From Eledone cirrhosa (Eukaryota), in assembly GCA_964016885.1 (NCBI GenBank), contig OZ024743.1, forward strand, positions 325,562,001-325,626,000: a DNA stretch of 64,000 nucleotides, in the 5' to 3' direction. Of this stretch, positions 52,240 through 64,000 are shown piece after piece. The translations under genes were made by a program, and so were the position numbers. The notes under the pieces were generated by a model. It was not told the origin of the DNA, did no database searches, and saw nothing but the letters and a program-made list of their open reading frames with translations. Numbering within the stretch: the stretch's first letter is position 1; each line of letters begins with the position of its first letter.

Positions 52240-52245
<6 letters not shown>

Positions 52246-52525
52246 ATGCTTTGGGAGGGTCATGTTGCCAATATGAAACACACGCACCATTTGCTTTCAT
52301 TTCAATTTATTATAATAAATTTATAAATTTATAAATTTCCGGTTGGTTGGTTTGTTCCACAACCAGATGGTTGTTTATATATTGTCAAAGTTCTTTCGTC
52401 ACACATTCTGTTACCTCTTCAGCGAATGGGGATTCTTTTCTTTGTTTTTGTGCCTCTCCTTTGTTCTGTCCTACGCCATCTTGTTTCTGTGTGTGTCACA
52501 CACAGAAACAAGATGGCGTAGGACA
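52240..52525 (-). mobile_element. Penelope-like family P1 terminus with hammerhead-like motif (52384-52426)
   Basis: Minus strand TTCG-CTGAAGA-G-GTAAC-AGAATGT-GTGAC-GAAA-G-AA-C-TT-TGAC, ending ATGACCCTCCCAAAGCATAACA at a (TA)n tract. Confidence 0.6.
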
Positions 52526-52719
52526 GAATATATACATATATACATATATACATACATACATACATATATGGTGGCTGCCAACTCGTTTTCGAGTACGGCC
52601 ACTACTTTATATCCATGTAGGAGAACCCCTACTGATGCGCTGAACGAGTGTGACTTTTTAGTCCAGCCAGCGACTTGAAAACTCTGGTACAAACACTACA
52701 CTTGTGACAATTACTGACA

Positions 52720-53176
52720 CATAGTGCTGGGCCCATTGTACCCTGTGATGACAAGTGCAGAGAGATCTCCAGATATAAAGCAATGCCTGTGCCGTGGAGC
52801 TTTTATAGTGAGCAAAGGCACTGCACAAAGCCTGTCCCACTCTCTTAACCAAGATGATATTTACAAAAAAGAAGAACAAGTCAACATCATTGGATACCAT
52901 CAGGGTTGCAGGTGTTATATCAGAGTTTTCCTTCTCCTAGAATTCTGCCTTGACAAAGGCTAAGGGGTCATCTCTCCCGGTGATTTTGGATGGCCATTGA
53001 CTCTTAAGAGCTCCTTTGCCCTTTGACAGGTTTTGTTTTTAGTCCTGCAGGATGTCCAAAGTCACCCTCCTCACCAAGAAACCTTGGTGGGGTTGCCAGT
53101 TTAATCGCCAACGACCCGACCATGAGACAGGTTGTACTGGGATACATGTTACCAGTAGCACCAACTGGTGACCTGA

Positions 53177-53177
<1 letters not shown>
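52720..53177 (-). mobile_element. Probable RTE-type 5'UTR fragment
   Basis: Minus strand CTAGGAGAAGGAAAACTCTGA and GGAGCTCTTAAGAGTCA resemble the modules at 1730-1915 that precede an APE start. Confidence 0.45.
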
Positions 53178-54277
<1,100 letters not shown>

Positions 54278-54324
54278 TAGAAGAATGAATAAATAAACTT
54301 CAAATATTAGTTCATTATTTCAAC

Positions 54325-54481
54325 GGTGGATTGGCAGTATCGGTAGAGGGTCGGGCGCCTTTATGATCTGAGTTCAAATCCCGCCGAGGTTAACTTTGCC
54401 TTTCATCCTTACGGGGTCGATAAAATAAAGTACCAGTAATGCACTGGGATAATTGCTGGCCTGGTGCCAAAAGTAGAAACA
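54325..54481 (+). mobile_element. SINE family A (internally deleted) with 11-bp TSD
   Basis: ATTATTTCAAC at 54314-24 and 54482-92. Confidence 0.9.
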
Positions 54482-54683
54482 ATTATTTCAACAACACTTG
54501 TTCATAGGAACAGATTTTATCGGCTGATCAGTTGCGTGTACTTTCGCCGATTTACGTCTGTATGTGTGTGTATTATAGATGGTGACATAATCCTTATTTA
54601 AACTTTCGTTTATATATATATATATATATGACTTATGAAACATTGGGTAAATTTGAAATGTAGTCGTCCCAATCTAAATGACT

Positions 54684-55035
54684 ATAATAATTGTTTCTAC
54701 TTTTGGCACAAGGCCAGCAATCACCCAGTACATTACTGGTACTTTATTTTATCGACCCCATAAGGATGAAAGGCAAAGTTAACCTTGACGGGATTTGAAC
54801 TCAGACCGTAAAGGGATGTAACTATGCTAGAAAGCATGGCGTCCAACCCTCTATCGATACGGCCAATTCACCGCCCCATGACTATAATAATAATAGTCGA
54901 TCATTATAATAATTGTTTCTACTTTTTGGCACAAGGCCAGCAATTAACCAGTGCATTACTGGTACTTTATTTTATCGACCCCGTAAGGATGAAAGGCAAA
55001 GTTAACCTTGGCGGGATTTGAACTCACAATGGCAA
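54684..55035 (-). mobile_element. Two tandem family A SINEs, the second with a truncated head
   Basis: Copies at ~54684-54877 and ~54905-55035. Confidence 0.88.
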
Positions 55036-55036
55036 G

Positions 55037-55186
55037 ATAGTTGAGAAAATCAGGTAAAGTACTCCTGGAAATGGTAAAAAATAAGGGCAGCCGCATGCGA
55101 GGAAGCGAAACCTGTACCCCTCACATGCGCCTCTGTCCACTTTTTTTTCTGTCTCCTGGGGTACATCACCTGATTTTCTGAACTAT
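55037..55186. repeat. ~150-nt imperfect hairpin, MITE-like
   Basis: ATAGTTGAGAAAATCAGGT...CGCATGCGAGG / CCTCACATGCG...ACCTGATTTTCTGAACTAT. Confidence 0.7.
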
Positions 55187-55513
55187 TATTTATAGTGATC
55201 GACTATTATTATTATAGTCATTTGCGTTTGGACGCATACATTTAAGTATGTATATATACGCAAAATTTGTATGCGACTCTTTGGAGGCATATTGTACGTA
55301 TATGTATTGTGTATATATATAATACGTGTGTGTGTGTACATTTATAAACATTCATTCCAAAGCGAAATTATATATATATATATATATATTAATTCATAGA
55401 CTGTTTTTGCGGTCAGGGATTTTGGTGAGGCTCCTTATGCTTAAGTTACTTGAGATTTTATATATCCCTAGGGAATGTTATTTTATCAACTCGTTAGTGA
55501 TATGTATAAGATG

Positions 55514-55619
<106 letters not shown>

Positions 55620-56112
55620 CAATAGCTGAGCCCATCGGTCGTAGGGCAGGTGAATATTTCAAAACCAGGAAAGTGAAGCATAGGTACGCAATCTTTTATG
55701 CGGCTAACTTTCCCAACATTCTATGAAATTGAGAAGCGAGAAACGTCATAACTTAAACAATATATTAATATTATTAATTTATTGTTTTTTATGTTCGTTT
55801 TCTTTTTTGTTTTGTTTGCATAATCGATTCTGCCCTTCACCACCAGCATCAACATTTTGTTGTTTTTGTTTTCTTTTTGTCCTTTATTTTTCTAACGATT
55901 CATCTATTTCTATGTATGAATGAAATTGGATGTAATTGCCTTCAGTGGCTAAATAAAGAAAGGATTATTATCGTCATTATTATATTTAGACCACGACGAG
56001 ATTTGAACTTTTTACGCTTTGCGGCATTTACTTACAGTTCTTTGCCTTCTGAGTTCAAATCTCGCCGACATCAATTTTTAACTTTCATCCTCCCAAGGTT
56101 GTTAAAATAAAG

Positions 56113-56642
56113 GGTATTATTATGACATCCCTCTCGATTTCAGTGGGAAATAATTATTATTTCAGACTCCCCCACCCTGCCCACCGAAGTTTTCTTTTTA
56201 CCGTTTTTTTCTTATTTTTCGTGTTTAAGTTAACTGTGCTTCACCATAAATGTCGGAAGGGTTGGGTTAAGGTTAATGTTAGGATTAGGGTTAGGAATGG
56301 GTTTAGGGGGTATAGTTAGAGTTAGTGTTTGGAGAGCAGATTCGTCGATAAAATGGGGAAAAAAAAACTATGAAAAAATCTATTTCCTATGAAACCCGAT
56401 AGGGATGTGGATTTGCGAAACTCCGAGGGCCCCCATTTTCCTTCCTTAGTTAGTCATTTCCGATTGGTTTGGCGGTCGGATTCGTTGATAACACGATTTT
56501 GTTTTTAATGGCAAAGAAGACTCCGACGCCGTCGAAGAAAAAGTTCTTTGCGGCATATTCGGAGGCCAGATCAATTGATAGCACACGAACAACAAATAAT
56601 TATTTCCCACTGTAATCGGGAGGAGTGTTCTATAAATTTACC
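56113..56642. mobile_element. Non-autonomous TIR element inserted into a family A SINE
   Basis: ~45-bp TIRs (GGTA...CGATT.CAGTGGGAAATAATTATT); apparent 2-bp AG duplication; removal restores the SINE sequence AAAATAAAGTACCAGTC. Confidence 0.8.
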
Positions 56643-58386
56643 AGTACCAGTCAAATACTGGGGTCGTTATAATCGTCTTTTCCATTCCCATAAATGTGCC
56701 TAAATTAGAAATCCTATTATATTAAAGGGTGGTGTATTGGAAGAATCGTAAGGACGTCGACATTTACTAACGACTCTTTATGTTTTGAGTTCAAATGCCT
56801 TTCATCATTTCAGGGTCAATAAAATAAAGTATCAGTCAAGTACTGGTGTCAATTTAATCGACTCCCCACGCCCGACCCTCTACCGAAACTCCAATCCAAA
56901 TAAAAATAATGAAATATAAATTAAAACATTTTTATTATAAATATTATTACTATTAGGCCCATGCGTTGAACGTATTTAATTTTGGGAGCCGAGGATTGGT
57001 ATGCCATATATACCAGAATTACCGAATATATGACTTAAAAGACAAACTGGGAGATTTGTAGTTTGCTAAATTAGTGGTTTGTATAAGAGAAACCCTATAG
57101 TTTATGTTGATTACTGACACATGAAGGTGATTAAAGATAAGAATACTTTAATTCATTTCTATAATATAATTACACAAATGTTCAATATAAATGAACAAAT
57201 GACAAGATTAAATGCATAAGTTTGGATAAATAACTATTTACAAAGAGTCAAATATAGGGTTAGAACCCAGGACCTTGTGATGCAAAAGCGAACTTATTGT
57301 AGCAACATGGCTGATAAAGGAAATACAATGCGTGTGTAGGTTGTAAAGAATTACAGACGGAGATATATATAAATATACAAACACACATGGTGTATTATTA
57401 TGGTTAATAATTATTCAGTAGTCATTTTTTTTTTTTTGCGTGCTTTCGCTACCAAGTGCAGCTCGAGGGATTTGGGTATGCGCAACGTTTTGTATTTCCC
57501 TTTGTGTTGACAGGTAAATGTGTGTAGTGGCCTAGTGGTGTTGTGCATATTTGCTTTGTAATTGTGTGTTTTTAATCATTCTAAAAATAAAATAAAATAA
57601 AAACAGCTATTATCATAGAGATCATTTCTGTTTTCCGTCTCCGTATTCTGGTCATCTCTATTGCCAAATCTTTCTAGGATAATTTCTCCATTTCTTCGAG
57701 AAATACGTTATCGTTTATTAAAATTAATACTTCGATTAGGAGGCACTTCTTTTCTAGTGGTCCTTTACAAAAATATCTTCCTGCGTGTGTGTATTAACAT
57801 AGAGTGTAGTCGGTTCATGATTCTCTGAGACCGTTTTCTGATGTAGGTTTATAACATCTATTATCTGTTAGTATTTCGTAACTTTCGGTGTTTAAAAGAC
57901 CTATGTCATGCCTGTAAGATGTATTATTCTCTCTTGACTAACTGTGTGTGTATGTGAGAGAGAGAGAGAGGGGGGTCCAGCCTGCAGTAGGAACTTTCTA
58001 GTTGATATCTCAATCACGTCATGTTTACTTCCCACTACAAGCTTCTATTGCGGACTATGGATGCAGCATGGCCGAATGCTTCCAAATTATTTCGCCTCAG
58101 GTTCTATCCCATAGCATGCCATCTTGAGCAATTGTCATGTATCATAGCCTCTGGTCGACCCATTACTTTAAAGGTACACCTGCTTGTGGAATGCTCAGCC
58201 ACTTACACGTTAAGTTCATGAACAGATTGTTCAATTGATCGAAATACTGGAACAATGATCGTTGAAACCGACGGAGGTCCTTTCCAGCCCGGGCCACTTT
58301 TTCATTGTCTATTGACATCCTTATTCAGTTATTGTGTGTGTACATCATCATCATTTTACGTCCGCTTTTCCCTGCTTGCAACATGA

Positions 58387-58470
<84 letters not shown>

Positions 58471-58512
58471 TAAATAAATATACACGGGTGTGTATGATTG
58501 TGTATAGAAGAT

Positions 58513-58902
58513 TATATTAATAAATGGAATTCCAACTTTGTCTGATTTACTCGTTTTATTTACAATCCTTTAAAATTTATAATGGTATTAGAATGAAATA
58601 GTATGGTAGAATATTAAATGTTAAGTGTTAATTGAACAAGTACTTTCATGCTTTCGCAATCTTCAGGTTCATAATGTGTGGTGACAGTCAAGTTTGCAAT
58701 TTTCAACTGTGAAAATTGCAAACTTGACTGTCACCACACATTATGAACCTGAAGATTGCGAAAGCATGAAAGTACTTGTTCAATTAACACTTAACATTTA
58801 ATATTCTACCATACTATTCCATTCTAATACCATTATAAATTTTAAAAGATTGTAAATAAAAGGAGTAAATCAGACAAAGTTGGAATTCCTTTTATTAATA
58901 TA
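58513..58902. repeat. Near-perfect palindrome: 193-bp arms, 4-nt loop (58706-09), 4 mismatches by eye
   Basis: Arms aligned base by base; (TA)n directly on the right and nearby on the left. Confidence 0.97.
58744..58782 (+). ncRNA. Minimal hammerhead ribozyme motif (identical mirror at 58633-58671 on minus)
   Basis: TGAAC-CTGAAGA-T-TGC-GAAA-GCA-T-GAAA-G-TA-C-TT-GTTCA: 5-bp stem I, GNRA-capped stem II, palindromic AAGTACTT stem III, CUU triplet. Confidence 0.7.
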
Positions 58903-59438
58903 TATATATATATATATATATATTGTGTGTCTATGTGTGTGTGTGTTCCCACGATCTCACATCACACAACACCATATCACACCACCCAATACCACTACTG
59001 ACCAAACAAGTGAAAATCAGTTTTTCACATATTTGTTCTGTTAAATGTGTTCTCAGTGTGGTTAGCACAGTTTCGCTTTGTTACAAATTGTAAACATGCT
59101 TTTAACCGTTCAGTCCCAACTTAACTTACAACAAAATATTATTATCCTTTTTTTTTTTTTCGTGTATTTTATATAATTTCTTGACCTGGGGTCAAAGAAG
59201 GTAAGTAAAGGTGTGTCATAAAAGCACCTCACTCACAGAAAAAGATGCATGCTTTGTAAACACACATACAAGGTGTTAAACATTATGTATAGATTTACTT
59301 TAGATTTAATGCAATTTATCTTTATGCCAGATAGGGTACTACCAACACCTTTCCGTTGAGACAACTGCAAAAGTACTAGGATTTTTGGATCTGGGAAAGG
59401 CCTTTAACAAAGTTCTCTGCTCTGTAATCTAGTGGGCA

Positions 59439-59632
59439 TTAACCCTTTAGCATTTACATTACTCTATATTTTCATCGGAAAGGCTTTATCTCACAAAAAA
59501 TCAAATCTATGAGATTTTGATGTTATTTATTTTGAGAACAATACCTTAATGTAGGTATGAGCAACAAGTTTGAACAGAAAGGGGTGAGACACTACTGGCC
59601 AGATATGGCCGGTTTAAATGCTGAAGGGTTAA
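59439..59632. mobile_element. piggyBac-type MITE
   Basis: TTAA-CCCTTTAGCATTTA...TAAATGCTGAAGGG-TTAA. Confidence 0.85.
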
Positions 59633-60405
59633 AGAAGCTACGCATGGACAAATGGCTCATGAGGGCCATGCAAGCCATATATATAGATATAACAAGGAGA
59701 GACCATATATATAGATATAAGGAGAGACCCAACAAGACCTGGGATGAGGTGATAAAAGCCGACCTTACCCAATTACACCTCTCAAAGGCGATGACACACG
59801 ACCGTGACCTCTGGCGTCACGCAGTAATACAGAGTACCCGACCTCCCATGGGTACAAGCTGAAGCATATAGACAATATGCCCCCACACACCCCCACTGCA
59901 AGGTGGTCGTGGAGGTGCCACGGCAAAAAAGCACCCAGCCCACACTGTAAATGAGGTTGGTGTTAGGAAGGGCATCCAGCTGTAGAAATCAAGCCCAAAT
60001 CAGTTCCTGTATGAGCAAGATATGGTCAGCCAACCAGACACTGCCCACAACAGGACAATCCGTCTAACCCATGCTAGCATGGAAGAACGGACGTAAAATG
60101 GTGATGATGATGATGATGATAACAAGCATTTTGAAAGTTAGCAGTGAGTCTAATAAAGAATTTGAAGTGCAGGTGAGAGCTCACCAAGGCTCAGTCCTCA
60201 GCCCACTTCTGTTTATCATTACCCTTCAGGGCATTACAGAGAAGTTTAAAACTGGCACTCTATGGGAATTCTTGTATGCTGATGACTCGGTCCTTATAGC
60301 TGAATCCGTGGAGAGTTAGAGGCAAAATTTCAAGCATGGAAGAAGAACCTAGAGTTGAAAGGCCTAAGAGTAAACTTAGCAAAGATTAAAGTTTTAATAA
60401 GTAAG
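59633..60405 (+). mobile_element. Old RTE fragments: internally deleted copy with 3'UTR, plus an RT piece
   Basis: KWLMRAMQAIY, RPNKTWDEVI...DRDLW, 3'UTR with (GAT)n, then HQGSVLSPLLF...LYADD. Confidence 0.85.
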
Positions 60406-60409
60406 AAGC

Positions 60410-61030
60410 TTTACATCTACATAATTAGATAGGAAAACAGTTGAAAGTACTATAATTCTATATAGAATCCCATACAAAACAAGGAAGGTGTGTGTAGAGG
60501 CTTTACCAATATCAAAATATTAATAAAAAAAATCAACATAGTTACAGCATACGTGACATCAATCATAAAGACACCCAGGCTTCAACATATAAATAACTTT
60601 GAAGTCAGGCATCTATGATTTTACTATGAGTAATACGTCGCTAATATGACCGTTCATATTCTGGAGATAGGGCTGTAAAGATCTCAAAAATTTAAAAGAC
60701 TTATGGATTTAGTAACACTCTAATGAACTAATAAGGAAAGAAGAAAAACCTTAAATAGAAATGACCAAACTGAAGCACAGTCTTGTTTTCAATATGACAT
60801 GTTTGAAATATCGGTATATATATAATAGTATACTTTGCTTTCTGTAAAGCTTCTACAACATATATTTAACTCTAAAATAGTTGAATAAAATCAGGGATTT
60901 GAGACAGAAAAATTTTTTAAATTGCCTGTCCAGTTTTTTTTGTCTTTAGTGGTTATATCCTTGATTTTATTCTTCAATCTTATAGTTAATATGCATTGTA
61001 GAAGCTTTGCAAGAAGCAAAGTATACTCTT
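60410..61030 (+). mobile_element. Probable decayed Penelope-like element: GIY-YIG remnant, hammerhead remnant and inverted tail
   Basis: Broken frames give IILYRIP, NQHSYSIR...HK-DTQASTY and ELIRKEEK/LNRND. Then CTGAAGC(60770-76)...GAAA(60805-08)-TATCGGTAT-A. 60822-58 is inverted at ~60996-61033. Confidence 0.45.
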
Positions 61031-61072
61031 AAATTACAATTTTACAACATGCTTCCCAAGCTTTCCCTTGTA

Positions 61073-61514
61073 TCATCATCATCATCACCATTTTACGTCC
61101 ATTCTTCCACGCTAGCATGGGTTAGATGGGTTGTCCTGTTGTGGGCAGTGTCCAGCCGGCTGACCATGTCTTGCTCATACGGGAACTGAATCTGGCTTGA
61201 TTTCTAGAGCTGGATGCCCTTCCTAACACCAACCTCATTTACAGTGAGTGCTGGGTGCTTTTTGCCGTGGCACCTACACGTCCACTTTACAGTGTGGGCT
61301 GGGTCCTTTTTCGCCGTAGCACCTCCACGACCACTTTGCAGTGGAATGATATGGACCCCAGTCCCTATCATCTCATTTCTACAGCTGAGTAAACTGGAGC
61401 AATGTGAAATAAAGTGTCTTGCTTAAGGAAACAACACATCACCCGGTTCGAGTGTTGAACTCACAACCTTTCGATTGCAAGCCCAATGCTCTAACCACTA
61501 AGCCATGTGCCTTC
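61073..61514 (-). mobile_element. SINE family B
   Basis: Collinear with 10845-11241. Confidence 0.88.
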
Positions 61515-62372
61515 ACATACATACATATAGCACCCAAAACATTAAGAATCTTTTCCAACTATATCTAGCATTAAACTAATATATATCTTCATTGTACTGT
61601 ATTGTTTAGCTGTGTTGTTTTCCGTTTACCTATCACCTAAACGTACACACACACATATATATTTATATATTTAATGGGTAAAGACCCCCCCCCCCTTCAG
61701 TCATGAATAACCATGGGATTTTCACCTAGAAAGTTCTTCTCTGGGCAAGGTTGTTCGTGGAAGATTAGCAGATGTCCATGCATACCAGTCTCCTCTCTCT
61801 TCTCATCACCAATGTTGTCCAAGGGAAAGGCAAAGGCTGATACAGCTTAGCACCAGTGATGTCGCAACTTGTTTCTACAGTTGAGTGAACTGGAACAATG
61901 TGAAATAAAGTATTTTCTTCAAAGACACAACACACAGCCCAGTCCAGAAATTTAACTGATAACTTCACAATTGTAAGCAACCACACACACATATATATGT
62001 GTGTGTGCGTGTGCATATATATATATATATGTCAACCTATGCAAACATGGAAAAGCAGATATAAAACGATGGTGATATACAGACACACATATTTAAGATA
62101 GTCAAAAGTATGCATCTATATAAAATTTGTCTTAATAATTTTCTGATTCAATAATTATTGTATTGTTCGGATAGGGATATTTACTGAAAGATTAAAATAG
62201 GACTGGGTTTTGTTTGATCATGTGCTACTGTTGTTCTTTTCACAAATATTTCAGTCTACTTTCTACGGATCCAGATGTCTAGGATACCCAGTGTTAGATC
62301 AAACCTAGAACTTATGATTGCAGAGTAAACTTCTTAACGATTCAGCCATAGTGCTTTTAAATTTCAACCTGA

Positions 62373-62447
<75 letters not shown>

Positions 62448-62555
62448 ATGGACGTTAAGACCCTTTTCCTGCTATTTCAAGCATTAACCTAATATATTCC
62501 TTCCATACACTGTACCGATTGTTTTGTTATTTCTGTTTACCTTTTACACACACAC

Positions 62556-62603
<48 letters not shown>

Positions 62604-62777
62604 GTTAATATACATATGGCCTTTGTATAGAGATAATCAAATATCAATATACCAGCACAGAAACATCAAAACGCTAAAATATTTTCAACACACTATAGAG
62701 TATCTCAGGTCAAAAACAATATGCTTCATATATTTACCACAGAAATCTATCCTTCCAATTTTTCAGACAATATATTG

Positions 62778-63668
62778 ATCCTCCACTTCGACATTCTATA
62801 GAGGGATTGTACGTTACAAGGGCGACGACATGCTCGGAGAGACTCTGGGCGTCGAAGACGATGAGCTCACCAGTATGTTTGGTAGGACTTTCCGCCCGGG
62901 ACCTATGGACAACTTCCAGAGGTCCCTGGCCTGGCAGTGCTACCGAGGAGCTCTACCGGTTCGTGACAAAATCTACAGGCACGGACGCCCTGGCAGGGAT
63001 CCTTCCAAGAGGACGTGTCCAAGATGTGCGCAGGACATTGAAACAGTTCTGCACGCAATTGTACACTGCCCGGGCGTAAGCGACCTGTGGAACTATGCAG
63101 AACAACTGCTGTCGCGTATGGGACAAATACAGTTGACTGCCGAATCCATAGTAAGGATCAAACCGCCAGACTCTTTCAAAAACGAAAGAGAGGCGGTTTT
63201 CCTCTGTACGGTGGCTATGGTGAAAGAAGTTATATGGTGGACGAGGTTGAGAGGACTGAGGACAGATGCCTTTCTCTCCGGACAACAATTGATTCCATTC
63301 TTTAAGTATCACTTTAGAAGGAGAATCAGGGTGGAGAGAGAGGCACTGCACCCCAGTAAATTTACTGAAAGGTGGGTGAATGAAGCGAAAATGGCCCGAG
63401 TGATTGGGCCTTCTCTGTTTATAAGCCTGTAGGTTGAGGAAGAGAGCAAAAGGAAGAAAGGAGCACTTGCACAACACGCTCCTTGAGTTGAGGGTTGTTC
63501 TATCGACGGGGTATTAAACAACCCATTTGTGGCGCCTCCCCCCTATTGGGGATTTCGATTGTTGAAATTGTTTGTTTTTATATTTTTTTACACGACTGTA
63601 TGTAAAATCCCCGGCATGTCTTTGTATTGTCCCCTTTCTTGTTGCGCCCTTGTGGCTAATAAAGAAAT
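62778..63668 (+). mobile_element. 5'-truncated L1/Tx1-clade LINE with 10-bp TSD
   Basis: TSD CAATATATTG at 62768-77 and 63669-78; AATAAA just before the 3' end. Confidence 0.85.
62830..63432 (+). CDS. C-terminal zinc-knuckle (zf-RVT-like) part of an L1/Tx1 ORF2
   Basis: LAWQCYRGALPVRD...CPRCAQDIETVLHAIVHCP (CX2C...E-T-x-x-H-X4-C). Truncated and unlikely to be expressed. Confidence 0.75.
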   Translation: MLGETLGVEDDELTSMFGRTFRPGPMDNFQRSLAWQCYRGALPVRDKIYRHGRPGRDPSKRTCPRCAQDIETVLHAIVHCPGVSDLWNYAEQLLSRMGQIQLTAESIVRIKPPDSFKNEREAVFLCTVAMVKEVIWWTRLRGLRTDAFLSGQQLIPFFKYHFRRRIRVEREALHPSKFTERWVNEAKMARVIGPSLFISL

Positions 63669-64000
63669 CAATATATTGCAAAGTCTTTTAGAAGCAATCA
63701 GAGTCAAAAAACAAATAAAAAAACAAAAATTATTTAACAAAAATTATTTAAAAGATTTAGAAGACCCAGTGGTTCTACAGCTGCCCTTATATTTAGTACA
63801 GAAATTTATCTTGCGTAAAATTTATTTAATACATTGGGAGCATATACATTTTAGAGTAGTTTCATTACATCTTAGTTTATATTTATGAAGAAGGTTTAAA
63901 AAGAAAAAGGTGAAGGAATCGAAAGATTTATCGTCAGGTTACATACATTGATTAAATTTCTTAATTAATTATACTACATTTTAAATTTATATTTATATTT

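Noticed and set aside
53040-53110. Twister ribozyme (GAGGAGGG on the minus strand)
   Set aside because: I could not find the matching P1/UAA segment or GUCCCAAGC-type loop.
60270-60295. CTGATGA as a hammerhead core
   Set aside because: It encodes the YADD motif of an RTE reverse transcriptase; no ribozyme stems.
63845-63945. Minus-strand CTGACGA...GAAAC
   Set aside because: Partial stem II only; stems I and III do not pair.

Overview
AT-rich, repeat-saturated animal genomic DNA. The repeat landscape (RTE LINEs with (GAT)n tails, tRNA-derived SINEs, very long (TA)n/(TACA)n tracts) looks most like an octopus or other cephalopod; that is my inference, not a database result. I recognise no host protein-coding exon. 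Every credible ORF belongs to a transposable element (RTE, L1/Tx1, mariner, a FLYWCH/MULE fragment, Penelope GIY-YIG remnants), and the remaining long ORFs are simple-repeat artefacts. The main unannotated signal is a dense set of about 15 hammerhead-ribozyme-like motifs (CUGANGA...GAAA...NUH) from roughly 8-10 apparently unrelated short families. About half keep both core boxes plus a paired stem I. They mostly sit in fold-back palindromes beside (TA)n tracts, and some are linked to Penelope-like GIY-YIG remnants. One is a near-perfect 390-bp palindrome (58513-58902) with an identical hammerhead on each strand. All alignments and folds were done by eye; boundaries are approximate unless TSDs or termini are quoted.
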